Below are positions 1 through 7,767 of a DNA stretch of 33,150 nt, in pieces. This DNA comes from Gemmatimonadales bacterium. GTDB lineage: Bacteria > Gemmatimonadota > Gemmatimonadetes > Gemmatimonadales > GWC2-71-9. The position numbers and the translations under genes were made by a program. Position 1 is the first letter of the stretch; every line of letters starts with the position of its first letter. The notes below the pieces were generated by a model, which saw nothing but the letters and a program-made list of their open reading frames with translations, made no database searches and had not been told where the DNA came from. The stretch is from contig DATBCS010000148.1 in the NCBI GenBank assembly GCA_036270315.1, positions 1 through 33,150 on the forward strand. Direction: 5' to 3'.

Positions 1-173
1 TGGTCGCGGGTGACCTGCCCGTAGTATGGCGGATCGCCATAGACGAAGTCGACCGTGAAGCCGAGCTGCTCGGCATAGAAATCGCACGACGCTGTGATGT
101 CGGCAACGAATAATTGTGCGGAGGTTGAACGGAGAATAGGGCGGTGTACGGTCTGTCCCCCTTCATGGGTCAT
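1..173 (-). CDS. VOC / glyoxalase-bleomycin-resistance family protein, N-terminal part (gene runs off the left edge)
   Basis: Not in the ORF track (under 60 aa inside the window). ATG at 173..171 reads MTHEGGQTVHRPILRSTSAQLFVADITASCDFYAEQLGFTVDFVYGDPPYYGQVTRD. The F-V-x-D...S..FY...LGF opening is typical of VOC proteins. Third codon positions are GC-rich. Confidence 0.5.
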   Translation of the reverse strand, partial: MTHEGGQTVHRPILRSTSAQLFVADITASCDFYAEQLGFTVDFVYGDPPYYGQVTRD

Positions 174-228
174 GGCCGCCCCCGAGTGGAGCCGGTTCTG
201 GTCGACGTCGACCCCGACGGACCCTGGG

Positions 229-2601
229 TCATCTCCCCGCGGCTCCCGACATGGCCGTGCCCAGCTCCCCTGCCCCTGACCCTGACGGGCTGGTGGCTGG
301 TCGGGGCGTCAGGGGCGTCCGCTGTTCGACCCAGAGCGCCACCCACGAGGCCGCGTACAGGAGGGCCGCGATCACCAACAGGGAGCGCACCCCCGTCCAG
401 AACGAGAGCGACTCGAGCAGGCCCCCCACGAGCGCGCCCACGAGGTTCGAGCCGAGCGCTTCCCCGCGGAACCCCTCGCGCGCGAAGCTGCGGATGAAGA
501 CGATTCCGGCGAACAGCACCGGCAGACACAGCACCGCGGTCGCGGCCAGCACCTTGAGCGCGAGCGACGCGAAGAAGAACCGTTCCAACGGAACGAGGTA
601 GGCGACCAGCAGAGAGGCGAAAATGCCCCCATAAGCGGCGCCCACCAGGATGCCGGGCCGCCACTGCACCAGGAGATTGGCTGCGACGATGAGCAGCAGT
701 AAGCCACTGATGACGATCGAATTCACCACCCACGTCGTGCCGAACAGCAGGGCCATCTTGCTGATGATCTGCGCCTCCAACAGCAGGAACCCCGCGCCCA
801 AGAAGAAGAAATGCCACCGGATCGAGCGGCCCGCTGCGCCGGTGCTGCCGAACAGCAGCCCGCACACGAGCAGCAGGGCGAGCGAGATCACGATCACCGT
901 GGCGGGCACGCCGGGTGCGTGCTGATAGAAGTAGGGCCAGTCATCCGTCGTGGGCGGTGCGCTTGCCATCGTGACGTGGCCATGGGCGGTGACGTAGGCC
1001 GCGAGCTGCGGGTCGGCCAACGCGCGGGCCAGGGCCACGTCGGCCCCACTAATGAAGAACATCCCGCCCGTGGCGCGGCGCGTCGCCGTGGACACCTGGT
1101 CGGCTTGGAGTTGCAGCGGCGGGCGGCCAAACACGGTGTTGAGGAGTCCGTATAACCGGCCGGCGATCCAGGGCACCTCGACCTGGAACTTGACGATGAA
1201 GATGCCGTCCGGCTTGAGGAGCCGCTTGGCGGCTTCGAGCGCCTCCACCGTGTAGACGTAGTTATCGATGCGGATGTTCGAGAAGTACGAGCTCGTGGTG
1301 TGCGAATCCAAAAGCGAGAATACGATCAGGTCGAACCGCTCCGGGCTGTTCTGGATGTAGCTGCGCGCGTCGTCGACCACCTGCTCGACGCGAGGCGAGC
1401 TGTAGGGCCGCTCCAAATGAAACTGGCGTCCGAGGTCGAGGATCAACGGGTCGATTTCCACGGCGACGACGCGGCCGGCGCCGTTGCGCAGCGCCGCGGC
1501 CACGTCGTTGCCCATGCCGGAGCCCAGCACGAGGACCGCGGGCGGCTGCGGATGGAAGTGATACGGCACGTTGTATGCGTTCCACTTGACGGGCGTCCGG
1601 GCGAAGAGCTGCGGATGAGCCGCCACGAACCCGGGCGAGAGATCGACGATCAGCTGGTACCAGCCTCCGTTCGTCGTCAGGATGTAGCCGATCGGGCGAC
1701 CCGCCTCGTAGCGCGGCGTGAGGGCGAGCTTCTGATAGGGCGACCAGTACACGGTCCCGCCTTCGAAGTCCTCGCGCGCCGCGAGGCCGGCGCACAGCGC
1801 CAGCGCGGCCAGGGCGGTCCAGCGCAGCATCGGGCGGCGCCACAGCAACCACACGAGCATCACGCCGGCCAGGGCCAACCAGATCGCCGGCGGCTGATAG
1901 AGAAAGCACAACAGGGTGTACAGCAGGATGCCCGCCAGGCTGCCGAGGATGTTCACCGAGTAGCCGACGATGCCCCGACCGGCGTTCTCGAGGTACCACC
2001 CCACGAGTTGGCCGATCGGGATGAAGACCAGCGCGATCAGCGCGAAGATCGGTACGATCACGAGCACCCCGGCGAGCAAGCGTCCGAGCGCGGCGGCGTT
2101 AAGCGGGACGGACGGCACCCCCCACACGTTGACGTCGGAGAACGGGCCCAGTTGCGCCGGGAGATTGGCGATCAGGTCGCGCAGCTCGTGCCAGGGCAGC
2201 TTCACCACGAGCACGAGGGCGAGCAGTGGGAGGATCAGGGTGACGAGGTTGATCGCGCGGCGGCACAGGTAGCAGCCCAGCCCGAACCCGAGGAAGCAGG
2301 CGATCAAGACGAAGTTCTTGAAGTATGCGAAGATCCGGATCTCGGACGCGATCCAGCGGATCATCAACAGTTCAAGGAACAGGCCCAGCACGCTCACCAA
2401 GGCGAGCTGCCGGTAGGAGAACCCGCCGAGTTCGGTCGGTGAGAAGGTCCAGCGCTCGACCCACGCGCCGGGAGTCCACCATCGGGCGCTGCTGGGCTCG
2501 GTCCGGTAGAAGCTGAAGAGGTACAGGTTCAGGAGGATCGCCACGGCGAGGAGTCCCACCAGCGGCGCGTATACGGCGATGTTGACGAGGACGGATTCCA
2601 T
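229..2601 (-). CDS. Spermidine-synthase-like (class I SAM-dependent aminopropyl/methyltransferase fold) protein embedded in a polytopic membrane protein
   Basis: 790-aa ORF with ATG start. Many hydrophobic helices lie on both sides of a soluble core. The core carries VLVLGSGMGNDVAAALRNGAGRVVAVEIDPLILDLGRQ (glycine-rich SAM/dcSAM-binding motif) and DLIVFSLLDSH. Confidence 0.75.
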   Translation of the reverse strand: MESVLVNIAVYAPLVGLLAVAILLNLYLFSFYRTEPSSARWWTPGAWVERWTFSPTELGGFSYRQLALVSVLGLFLELLMIRWIASEIRIFAYFKNFVLIACFLGFGLGCYLCRRAINLVTLILPLLALVLVVKLPWHELRDLIANLPAQLGPFSDVNVWGVPSVPLNAAALGRLLAGVLVIVPIFALIALVFIPIGQLVGWYLENAGRGIVGYSVNILGSLAGILLYTLLCFLYQPPAIWLALAGVMLVWLLWRRPMLRWTALAALALCAGLAAREDFEGGTVYWSPYQKLALTPRYEAGRPIGYILTTNGGWYQLIVDLSPGFVAAHPQLFARTPVKWNAYNVPYHFHPQPPAVLVLGSGMGNDVAAALRNGAGRVVAVEIDPLILDLGRQFHLERPYSSPRVEQVVDDARSYIQNSPERFDLIVFSLLDSHTTSSYFSNIRIDNYVYTVEALEAAKRLLKPDGIFIVKFQVEVPWIAGRLYGLLNTVFGRPPLQLQADQVSTATRRATGGMFFISGADVALARALADPQLAAYVTAHGHVTMASAPPTTDDWPYFYQHAPGVPATVIVISLALLLVCGLLFGSTGAAGRSIRWHFFFLGAGFLLLEAQIISKMALLFGTTWVVNSIVISGLLLLIVAANLLVQWRPGILVGAAYGGIFASLLVAYLVPLERFFFASLALKVLAATAVLCLPVLFAGIVFIRSFAREGFRGEALGSNLVGALVGGLLESLSFWTGVRSLLVIAALLYAASWVALWVEQRTPLTPRPATSPSGSGAGELGTAMSGAAGR

Positions 2602-2723
2602 AGCGCGGCGCGGCCCTCAGAACACGGTTCGTCGGGGTCGGACCCGGCGACACGTCTCCGGGGCCCGGTCAGCCAACGTCCGACGCTAGGCGCCCTGCTC
2701 CCGGCGCGTACCGATCGAGCGTC

Positions 2724-3440
2724 TCACAGGCTTTCGATCAAGCGTTGGTACGCGCCAGCGGGGTCTTGAGCCTGGAGGATCGGTCGGCCCACCACCAAGT
2801 GCGTCGCGCCACGCGCCACCGCATCGGGGGCGGCGATGGTGCGCGCCTGGTCCCCGGCCGCTTCGCCGGGGGCGCGGATCCCGGGCACGACGATCCAGGG
2901 CGCTTGGCCGAGCACGGCCCGCAGCAGGCCGACCTCCGTGCCGGCGGCGACCACGCCCGCGAGCCCTGCGGCCACGGCGAGGCGCGCGAGCCGTTCGGCT
3001 TCGAAGCCGAGATCGGGGACGCCTCGGCCCACGATCCGCTCGAACTCGCCGGTGTCGTGCGAGGTCAGGACGGTCACGCCCACGAGGGCCAAGGCCTCCC
3101 CGTTGGGTGCCCGCGCGCCTTCCGTCCGTTCGGGGGCGCCGGCCGCCACTGCCGCCGCGTGGAGCATGGTCGGTCCGCCGAGGGTGTGGACGGTCGCCAT
3201 GTGGGCGCCGAGCTGGCGGGCCGCCGCCACCGCTCGCCCGACGGCGCTCGGGGTGTCGTGCCATTTGAAATCGAGGAACACGCGCACGCCGCGCGCCACG
3301 AACTCGCGCACCAAGTCCGGCCCGGCGCGCAGGTACAGGCCGGGGCCGATCTTCGCCCAGCGGAGTCCGGGGAGCCGGGCCGCGAGCCCCAGCGCCTCGG
3401 GGCCGCTCGCGACGTCGAACGCGACGATGAGCTCAGCCAC
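2724..3440 (-). CDS. pyrF: Orotidine 5'-phosphate decarboxylase
   Basis: GTG start. AELIVAFDV...VFLDFKWHDTPSAV matches the PyrF D-x-K-x-x-D-I/T-P signature. 8-nt overlap with the pyrD stop. Confidence 0.9.
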   Translation of the reverse strand: MAELIVAFDVASGPEALGLAARLPGLRWAKIGPGLYLRAGPDLVREFVARGVRVFLDFKWHDTPSAVGRAVAAARQLGAHMATVHTLGGPTMLHAAAVAAGAPERTEGARAPNGEALALVGVTVLTSHDTGEFERIVGRGVPDLGFEAERLARLAVAAGLAGVVAAGTEVGLLRAVLGQAPWIVVPGIRAPGEAAGDQARTIAAPDAVARGATHLVVGRPILQAQDPAGAYQRLIESL

Positions 3441-4272
3441 GGTCCAGCTCGCGCGCGATGCGCTCGGGGACGCGCGGGTCAGCGAGCGCCGCCGTGCCGA
3501 TCGCGACGAGCGACGCGCCGGCCGCGAGGTACGCGCGTGCGTCGGCCGCGGTGCGGATCCCGCCCACGCCGATCACAGGAATGCGCACGTGCTCGGTCAC
3601 CCGGAGCGTCGCGAGCACGCCGATCGGCAGCAGCGCGGGTCCGCTCACGCCACCCGACCCGTTCCCCAGGCGGTGCGCCAGCGTCCCCGGGATGGTGTTC
3701 ACGAGCGTGACGGCGTCGGCGCCGGCGTCCGCGGCCACCGCGGCCATGGCGGCCACCTCGGGCAGGACGGGGGATAGTTTGACCGCCAGCGGTTTCGTGG
3801 TCGCGCTGCGGCAGCGGCGTACCAGCTCGCGCAGGCCTTCGGCCGTCGCCCCGAACTCGAGCCCGCCGGCGCTCGTGTTGGGGCAGGAGGCATTGAGCTC
3901 AAACGCGGTCACGACCGCGAGGGAGGTAAGCGTCCGGACGACCTCGACGTAGTCGTCCACGGTAGCGCCCGCCACGTTGACGAGCACGCGGGCGCGCGTC
4001 AGGTGTGTGGCGAGCCACGGCAGCTCGTGGGTGCGCACGCGCTCGAGGCCGGGGTTTGCGAGGCCGACCGCATTGAGCATGCCCCCGACGAACTCCGCCA
4101 CGCGCGGCGCCGGCGCGCCCGGGCGGGGCTCCGGAGTCACGGCCTTGGTGACGAGGCCCCCCAGGCGGTCGAGGGGGATGACGCCGTCCACCTCGCGGCC
4201 GAAGCCGGCGGTGCCAGAAGCGAGGAGAACGGGATTCTGAAACGCGACGCCGAACAGCTGGACCGCGCTCAC
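3433..4272 (-). CDS. pyrD: Dihydroorotate dehydrogenase, class 1 (Cys catalytic base)
   Basis: The conserved part starts at VSAVQLFGVAFQNPVLLASGTAGFG, followed by ELNASCPNT and GVGGI. GTG 4272 overlaps the upstream TGA (GTGA). The 389 Arg/Pro-rich residues upstream in the 668-aa track ORF are a GC artefact. Confidence 0.85.
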   Translation of the reverse strand: MSAVQLFGVAFQNPVLLASGTAGFGREVDGVIPLDRLGGLVTKAVTPEPRPGAPAPRVAEFVGGMLNAVGLANPGLERVRTHELPWLATHLTRARVLVNVAGATVDDYVEVVRTLTSLAVVTAFELNASCPNTSAGGLEFGATAEGLRELVRRCRSATTKPLAVKLSPVLPEVAAMAAVAADAGADAVTLVNTIPGTLAHRLGNGSGGVSGPALLPIGVLATLRVTEHVRIPVIGVGGIRTAADARAYLAAGASLVAIGTAALADPRVPERIARELDRG

Positions 4273-5783
4273 AAGGTATCCCGCGGCACGGCGGGGCGCT
4301 CGTCCTGATCGCCCACGGGTCGGGCGCCGCGGCGTCCCGGCGGCTCGGGACGCTCCGGGCGCGCTGGTGGGGGCGGGGCCGCGACGCCCGCCGCGACGAC
4401 GGGGCCGTCGAGCGGCGGGCCGCGGGGCCCTGGCACGGGGAGCGCGACGCGGCCGACGAACCGGGAGCTCGCCCGGCCGGCGGCGAGGCCCAGCGCGGTG
4501 GCGAGCGAGTCCTCTGCCGCGGCGAACCCGGGGCTCTGCTCGCCCCGCAGCGCCAAGGTGTAGGGCGAGGTGGCGTAGCGCGCGTCGAGCACGGCGACGA
4601 GGGAATCGTGCCGCTCGGGCTCGAGCGCGGCGGCGGCGACGAGCGCCTTGGGGGCGAACAACGAGGCCGGCTCCTGGCGCGCGAGCTCGAGAAACAGGCG
4701 GCCCGCGAGCCGCGCCGCCCCGAGTGAGTCGCGCACCGCCTCGGCGAGCTGGAACCGCTCGCCCGTCGAGCGGTCCTGCTGGTGCGCGATGCGGCGGATC
4801 AGCGCGATGAGCGCCTGGCCTTCGCTTTGGGCGACGCCCCCGCCGCCCTGGAGCAGGCGCTCGAGCGCGGCCGACGGTGCGGCGAGTTGGGGCACGCTCT
4901 CCGCCGCGACGCAGAGCACGCGCAGCGCCCGCACCCGCGCCACCTGGCCCTCGCTCGAGTCGGGCACGAGGGCGACGACGGCCGCATAGCGCGCCGCGGC
5001 GGCGGCGGTCCGCCCGCCAGCGAGCAGCGCATCCCCATCCGCGGACCACAGGCGCGCCCGCACGCCGCGCGGCGTCTGGCGGTGCGCCAGCATGCGGTCG
5101 AGCGCGCGGCTGGTGGCCTCGAGCCCGGCGGCGCGGCGCAGGTCGATCAGCATCGCCGCCCACGCCGTCTCCTCGACGGGACCGTGCGCCAGCGTGTCGG
5201 TCCATTCGAGGGCGTCGGCCACGCGGCCCGCCGCGACGAGCGCCCGGACGCGGGCGGCGAGCGCGCCGGGCGCGGCCGAGCGACGGAACCACTCGGCGGC
5301 GGCCTCCTCGTCCCCCTCGAGCGCCGCGACGCGGCCGGCGTCGAACGCGGCGCGGGAGCGTCGGGCAGCGTCGCTCGATTCCGTCACGCCGGCAAGCGCG
5401 CGGCCCGCCGTCGCAGGATCGTTGGCGTCGAGGGCGCACTCCGCGCGCGCTAGCCGCGCACGCTCAAGCAAGGCCGGGTCCCGCACGGTCGCGATGGCGC
5501 GCGCGAGCGGTGCCGCCGCCGGCGCGCACGCGCCGCTGCGGGCCAACGCCTCGCCGTGGAGCACCAGGGCAGCGTCGGCCCAGCGGCTCGTGGGGTGGCG
5601 CACCAGGACCGACTCGGCCTTCACCGCGGCCTGGGCCCAGTAGGTGCGCGCCTCGCCGGCGCGGTCCTGGCGCTCGAGCTTCCGCGCCTCACCGGCCAGG
5701 TGTTCGGCGCTCCACATCCCGTTGTAATAACCGCAGCCGGCGACGCACGCGCCGGCCAGCACGAGGGCGGTGGCGCGGGTCAT
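4269..5783 (-). CDS. Lipoprotein with TPR-like helical repeats and a Pro-rich C-terminal tail
   Basis: N-terminus MTRATALVLAGACVAGCGYY is a lipobox-type signal (L-A-G-C / A-G-C). Ala/Leu/Arg-rich helical repeats follow. ATGA overlap with the amidase stop. Confidence 0.6.
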   Translation of the reverse strand: MTRATALVLAGACVAGCGYYNGMWSAEHLAGEARKLERQDRAGEARTYWAQAAVKAESVLVRHPTSRWADAALVLHGEALARSGACAPAAAPLARAIATVRDPALLERARLARAECALDANDPATAGRALAGVTESSDAARRSRAAFDAGRVAALEGDEEAAAEWFRRSAAPGALAARVRALVAAGRVADALEWTDTLAHGPVEETAWAAMLIDLRRAAGLEATSRALDRMLAHRQTPRGVRARLWSADGDALLAGGRTAAAAARYAAVVALVPDSSEGQVARVRALRVLCVAAESVPQLAAPSAALERLLQGGGGVAQSEGQALIALIRRIAHQQDRSTGERFQLAEAVRDSLGAARLAGRLFLELARQEPASLFAPKALVAAAALEPERHDSLVAVLDARYATSPYTLALRGEQSPGFAAAEDSLATALGLAAGRASSRFVGRVALPVPGPRGPPLDGPVVAAGVAAPPPPARPERPEPPGRRGARPVGDQDERPAVPRDTL

Positions 5784-7051
5784 CGCCCCCCCGCGCGCGT
5801 GCCGACCGCGACCTTGTGCTCGAACTCCTGGAGGTACTGCACGATGCCGTCAGCGATGGCGGACGCGAGCTTGTGCTCGCCGAGGCCCGACGCCAGGAAC
5901 GCGGCGTCGGTGCGGTTCGTGGCGAAGCCCGTTTCGACGAGGATCGCCGGCCGCCGCGCGGTGGTGAGCACGGTGAAGCCCGCCTGCTGCACGCCGTGGT
6001 CCCCGCCGGGGTGCACTGCCGCCACGTGCCCCTGGACCAGTTGGGCGAGCGCGGCGGACTCGCGCAGATACTCGTTGAGCTGGAGGTCCTTGAGGATGAA
6101 GTTGACCGGCCCCTTCACCCCCGTCGCCGGCGCTGCCTCGAACCGGATCGCGTCGTTTTCCATGGTGGCGACGCGCTGCTGATCCTCGTTCTTCGCCTCC
6201 GACAGGAAGTAGGTCTCGACGCCGCCGGTGCGTTCCGCGCGCCGGCCGGCGGGCATGGCGTTCACGTGGATGCTCACGAACAGGTCGCAGTCCACCCGGC
6301 ACAGCGCGCCGCGGTCGGCCAGGTCGATCAGCGTGTCGCGGGTGCGGGTGAGCGAGGCCCCGATGGCGCGGCGGCTCAGCTCCGCGCGCAACAGCCGCGC
6401 GATGGCGAGCGTGATGTCCTTCTCGACCAGTCCACTCGGGAAGTAGAGGCCCGGGTTGCCGGGGTCGGCGCCGCCGTGCCCCGGGTCGATCACCACGGCA
6501 TGGGGGAAGCGGAGCCCGGTGAGCGGGTTCGGCGCGCGGTCCCGGGGAACGGCGACGACGGGTGTGAGGGGCGTGGCCGGCGGTGCGACGGCCGGGATCA
6601 GGGCGGCCGGCCCGGGCCGTTCGAGCCCGGGCGTTGGCGGCGCGGCCACGCGATCCGCGACCGGCAGCTCTTCCAGACGGCGCGCGGCGGCGTCCCAGCG
6701 GTAGCGCGGCCCGAGCGCGCGGGGCACGCAGTCCGTGAGCCACACGAGCGGCAGGAAGACGGTGTCGCGCGCGGTGTAGGGCTCGCCCACGAGGCCGTAC
6801 ACCGTCCCTTCGTGGCGCACGTAGGGAGCGCCCAGTTGGAACACGAACAGCGTGCCCCGGAGGTTGACGAGCACGCGCGATCCGTCGACGATGATCGTGA
6901 GGCGGAGCGGCTCCGTGAGCAGCGGGGCCGCGAGCGCTGCGCTGCCGCGCTCCATTGTCACCGGCACGCTCGTCGCGCCGCGGGGCGTCGTGATCATCAC
7001 CGTCTCCGGCGGCGTCGTCGCGACGAGCAGCCACACCAGCGCACGGGTCAT
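5780..7051 (-). CDS. N-acetylmuramoyl-L-alanine amidase (Amidase_3 family) with N-terminal AMIN-like domain
   Basis: VVIDPGHGGADPG, EKDITLAIARLL, SIHVNA and ETYFLS are Amidase_3 zinc-site and core motifs. ATGA overlap with the smpB stop. Confidence 0.85.
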   Translation of the reverse strand: MTRALVWLLVATTPPETVMITTPRGATSVPVTMERGSAALAAPLLTEPLRLTIIVDGSRVLVNLRGTLFVFQLGAPYVRHEGTVYGLVGEPYTARDTVFLPLVWLTDCVPRALGPRYRWDAAARRLEELPVADRVAAPPTPGLERPGPAALIPAVAPPATPLTPVVAVPRDRAPNPLTGLRFPHAVVIDPGHGGADPGNPGLYFPSGLVEKDITLAIARLLRAELSRRAIGASLTRTRDTLIDLADRGALCRVDCDLFVSIHVNAMPAGRRAERTGGVETYFLSEAKNEDQQRVATMENDAIRFEAAPATGVKGPVNFILKDLQLNEYLRESAALAQLVQGHVAAVHPGGDHGVQQAGFTVLTTARRPAILVETGFATNRTDAAFLASGLGEHKLASAIADGIVQYLQEFEHKVAVGTRAGGR

Positions 7052-7503
7052 GCGCGCTTGCCCCGGACGCCGCGCGCCAGCTCGCGCTCGGCTACGCGCT
7101 GCTTGAGCGCTTCCCGTTTGTCGTGCAGTTTTTTCGCCTTGGCGAGCGCGATCGCCACTTTGGCGATGCCGTCCTTGAAGTACAGTTCCAGCGGCACGAT
7201 GGTGAGGCCTTTGCGGCTGGTGCCGCCGATGAGTTTGCGGATCTCGTGCGCGTGCAGGAGCAGCTTACGCGAGCGCGCCGGGGGGGGATTGTTGTAGCTG
7301 CCGGGAAGGTACGCCGAAATACTCAAGCCTTCGAGCCACACTTCGCCGCGTTTCACGTGAGCGTACGCCTCGCCGAGACTCGCCTTGCCGGTGCGCAGCG
7401 ACTTCACTTCGGTGCCCGTGAGCACCAGCCCCGCCTCCCACGTCTCCAGGAGATGGTAGTCATGACGCGCCCGCGGGTTGCGCGCGATGGTGACCTTGTC
7501 CAC
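7048..7503 (-). CDS. smpB: SsrA-binding protein SmpB
   Basis: KVTIARNPRARHDYHLLETWEAGLVLTGTEVKSLR...RKLLLHAHEIRKL...ELYFKDGIAKVAIALAKAKKLHDKR aligns along the whole of SmpB. Start placed at GTG 7503 (TTG 7515 is possible). The longer track ORF runs antisense across the tRNA gene. Confidence 0.85.
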   Translation of the reverse strand: MDKVTIARNPRARHDYHLLETWEAGLVLTGTEVKSLRTGKASLGEAYAHVKRGEVWLEGLSISAYLPGSYNNPPPARSRKLLLHAHEIRKLIGGTSRKGLTIVPLELYFKDGIAKVAIALAKAKKLHDKREALKQRVAERELARGVRGKRA

Positions 7504-7513
7504 CGGGTGAGGC

Positions 7514-7542
7514 AAGATAGAAACCGGGTGCGAAGCGGTCAA
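7514..7542 (-). promoter_or_regulatory. Candidate sigma70-type promoter for smpB (TTGACC-17 nt-TATCTT)
   Basis: On the minus strand TTGACC is at 7542..7537, followed by a 17-nt spacer and TATCTT at 7519..7514. The -10 ends 10 nt before GTG 7503 and there is no SD. Confidence 0.4.
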
Positions 7543-7550
7543 GCCAAGAG

Positions 7551-7580
7551 TTGACTTGAGGTTATACCGCCGTCTATATT
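7551..7580 (+). promoter_or_regulatory. Candidate sigma70-type promoter for tRNA-Leu (TTGACT-18 nt-TATATT)
   Basis: TTGACT at 7551..7556 and TATATT at 7575..7580. The mature tRNA 5' end lies 14 nt downstream. AT-rich hexamers stand out in a 70% GC background. Confidence 0.45.
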
Positions 7581-7594
7581 CGCCGTTCCAACGG

Positions 7595-7679
<85 letters not shown>

Positions 7680-7713
7680 CGGCGCCGAGCGCTCGCGCGC
7701 ACCGGCACACAAG

Positions 7714-7736
7714 AGGCGGCGAGGTGATCGCCGCCT
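7714..7736. terminator. Perfect 9-bp hairpin between the convergent tRNA-Leu and cysO-moeZ genes (candidate bidirectional terminator)
   Basis: AGGCGGCGA-GGTGA-TCGCCGCCT, followed on the plus strand by TGGTGTTCT. Confidence 0.45.
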
Positions 7737-7767
7737 TGGTGTTCTCCCGCGCTGCCGTCGCCGCGCC

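Noticed and set aside
4877-7297. 806-aa plus-strand ORF, and similar very long ORFs: 22256..24655 (+), 26684..28987 (+), 26271..28826 (-), 3433..5439 upstream part, 5850..7034 (-), 1300..2442 (+)
   Set aside because: They are extremely Arg/Pro/Gly/Ala-rich, with no domain motifs. They lie antisense to, or frame-shifted over, genes with clear family signatures (amidase, E1/E2, copA). These are typical stop-codon-poor shadow frames of a 70% GC genome.
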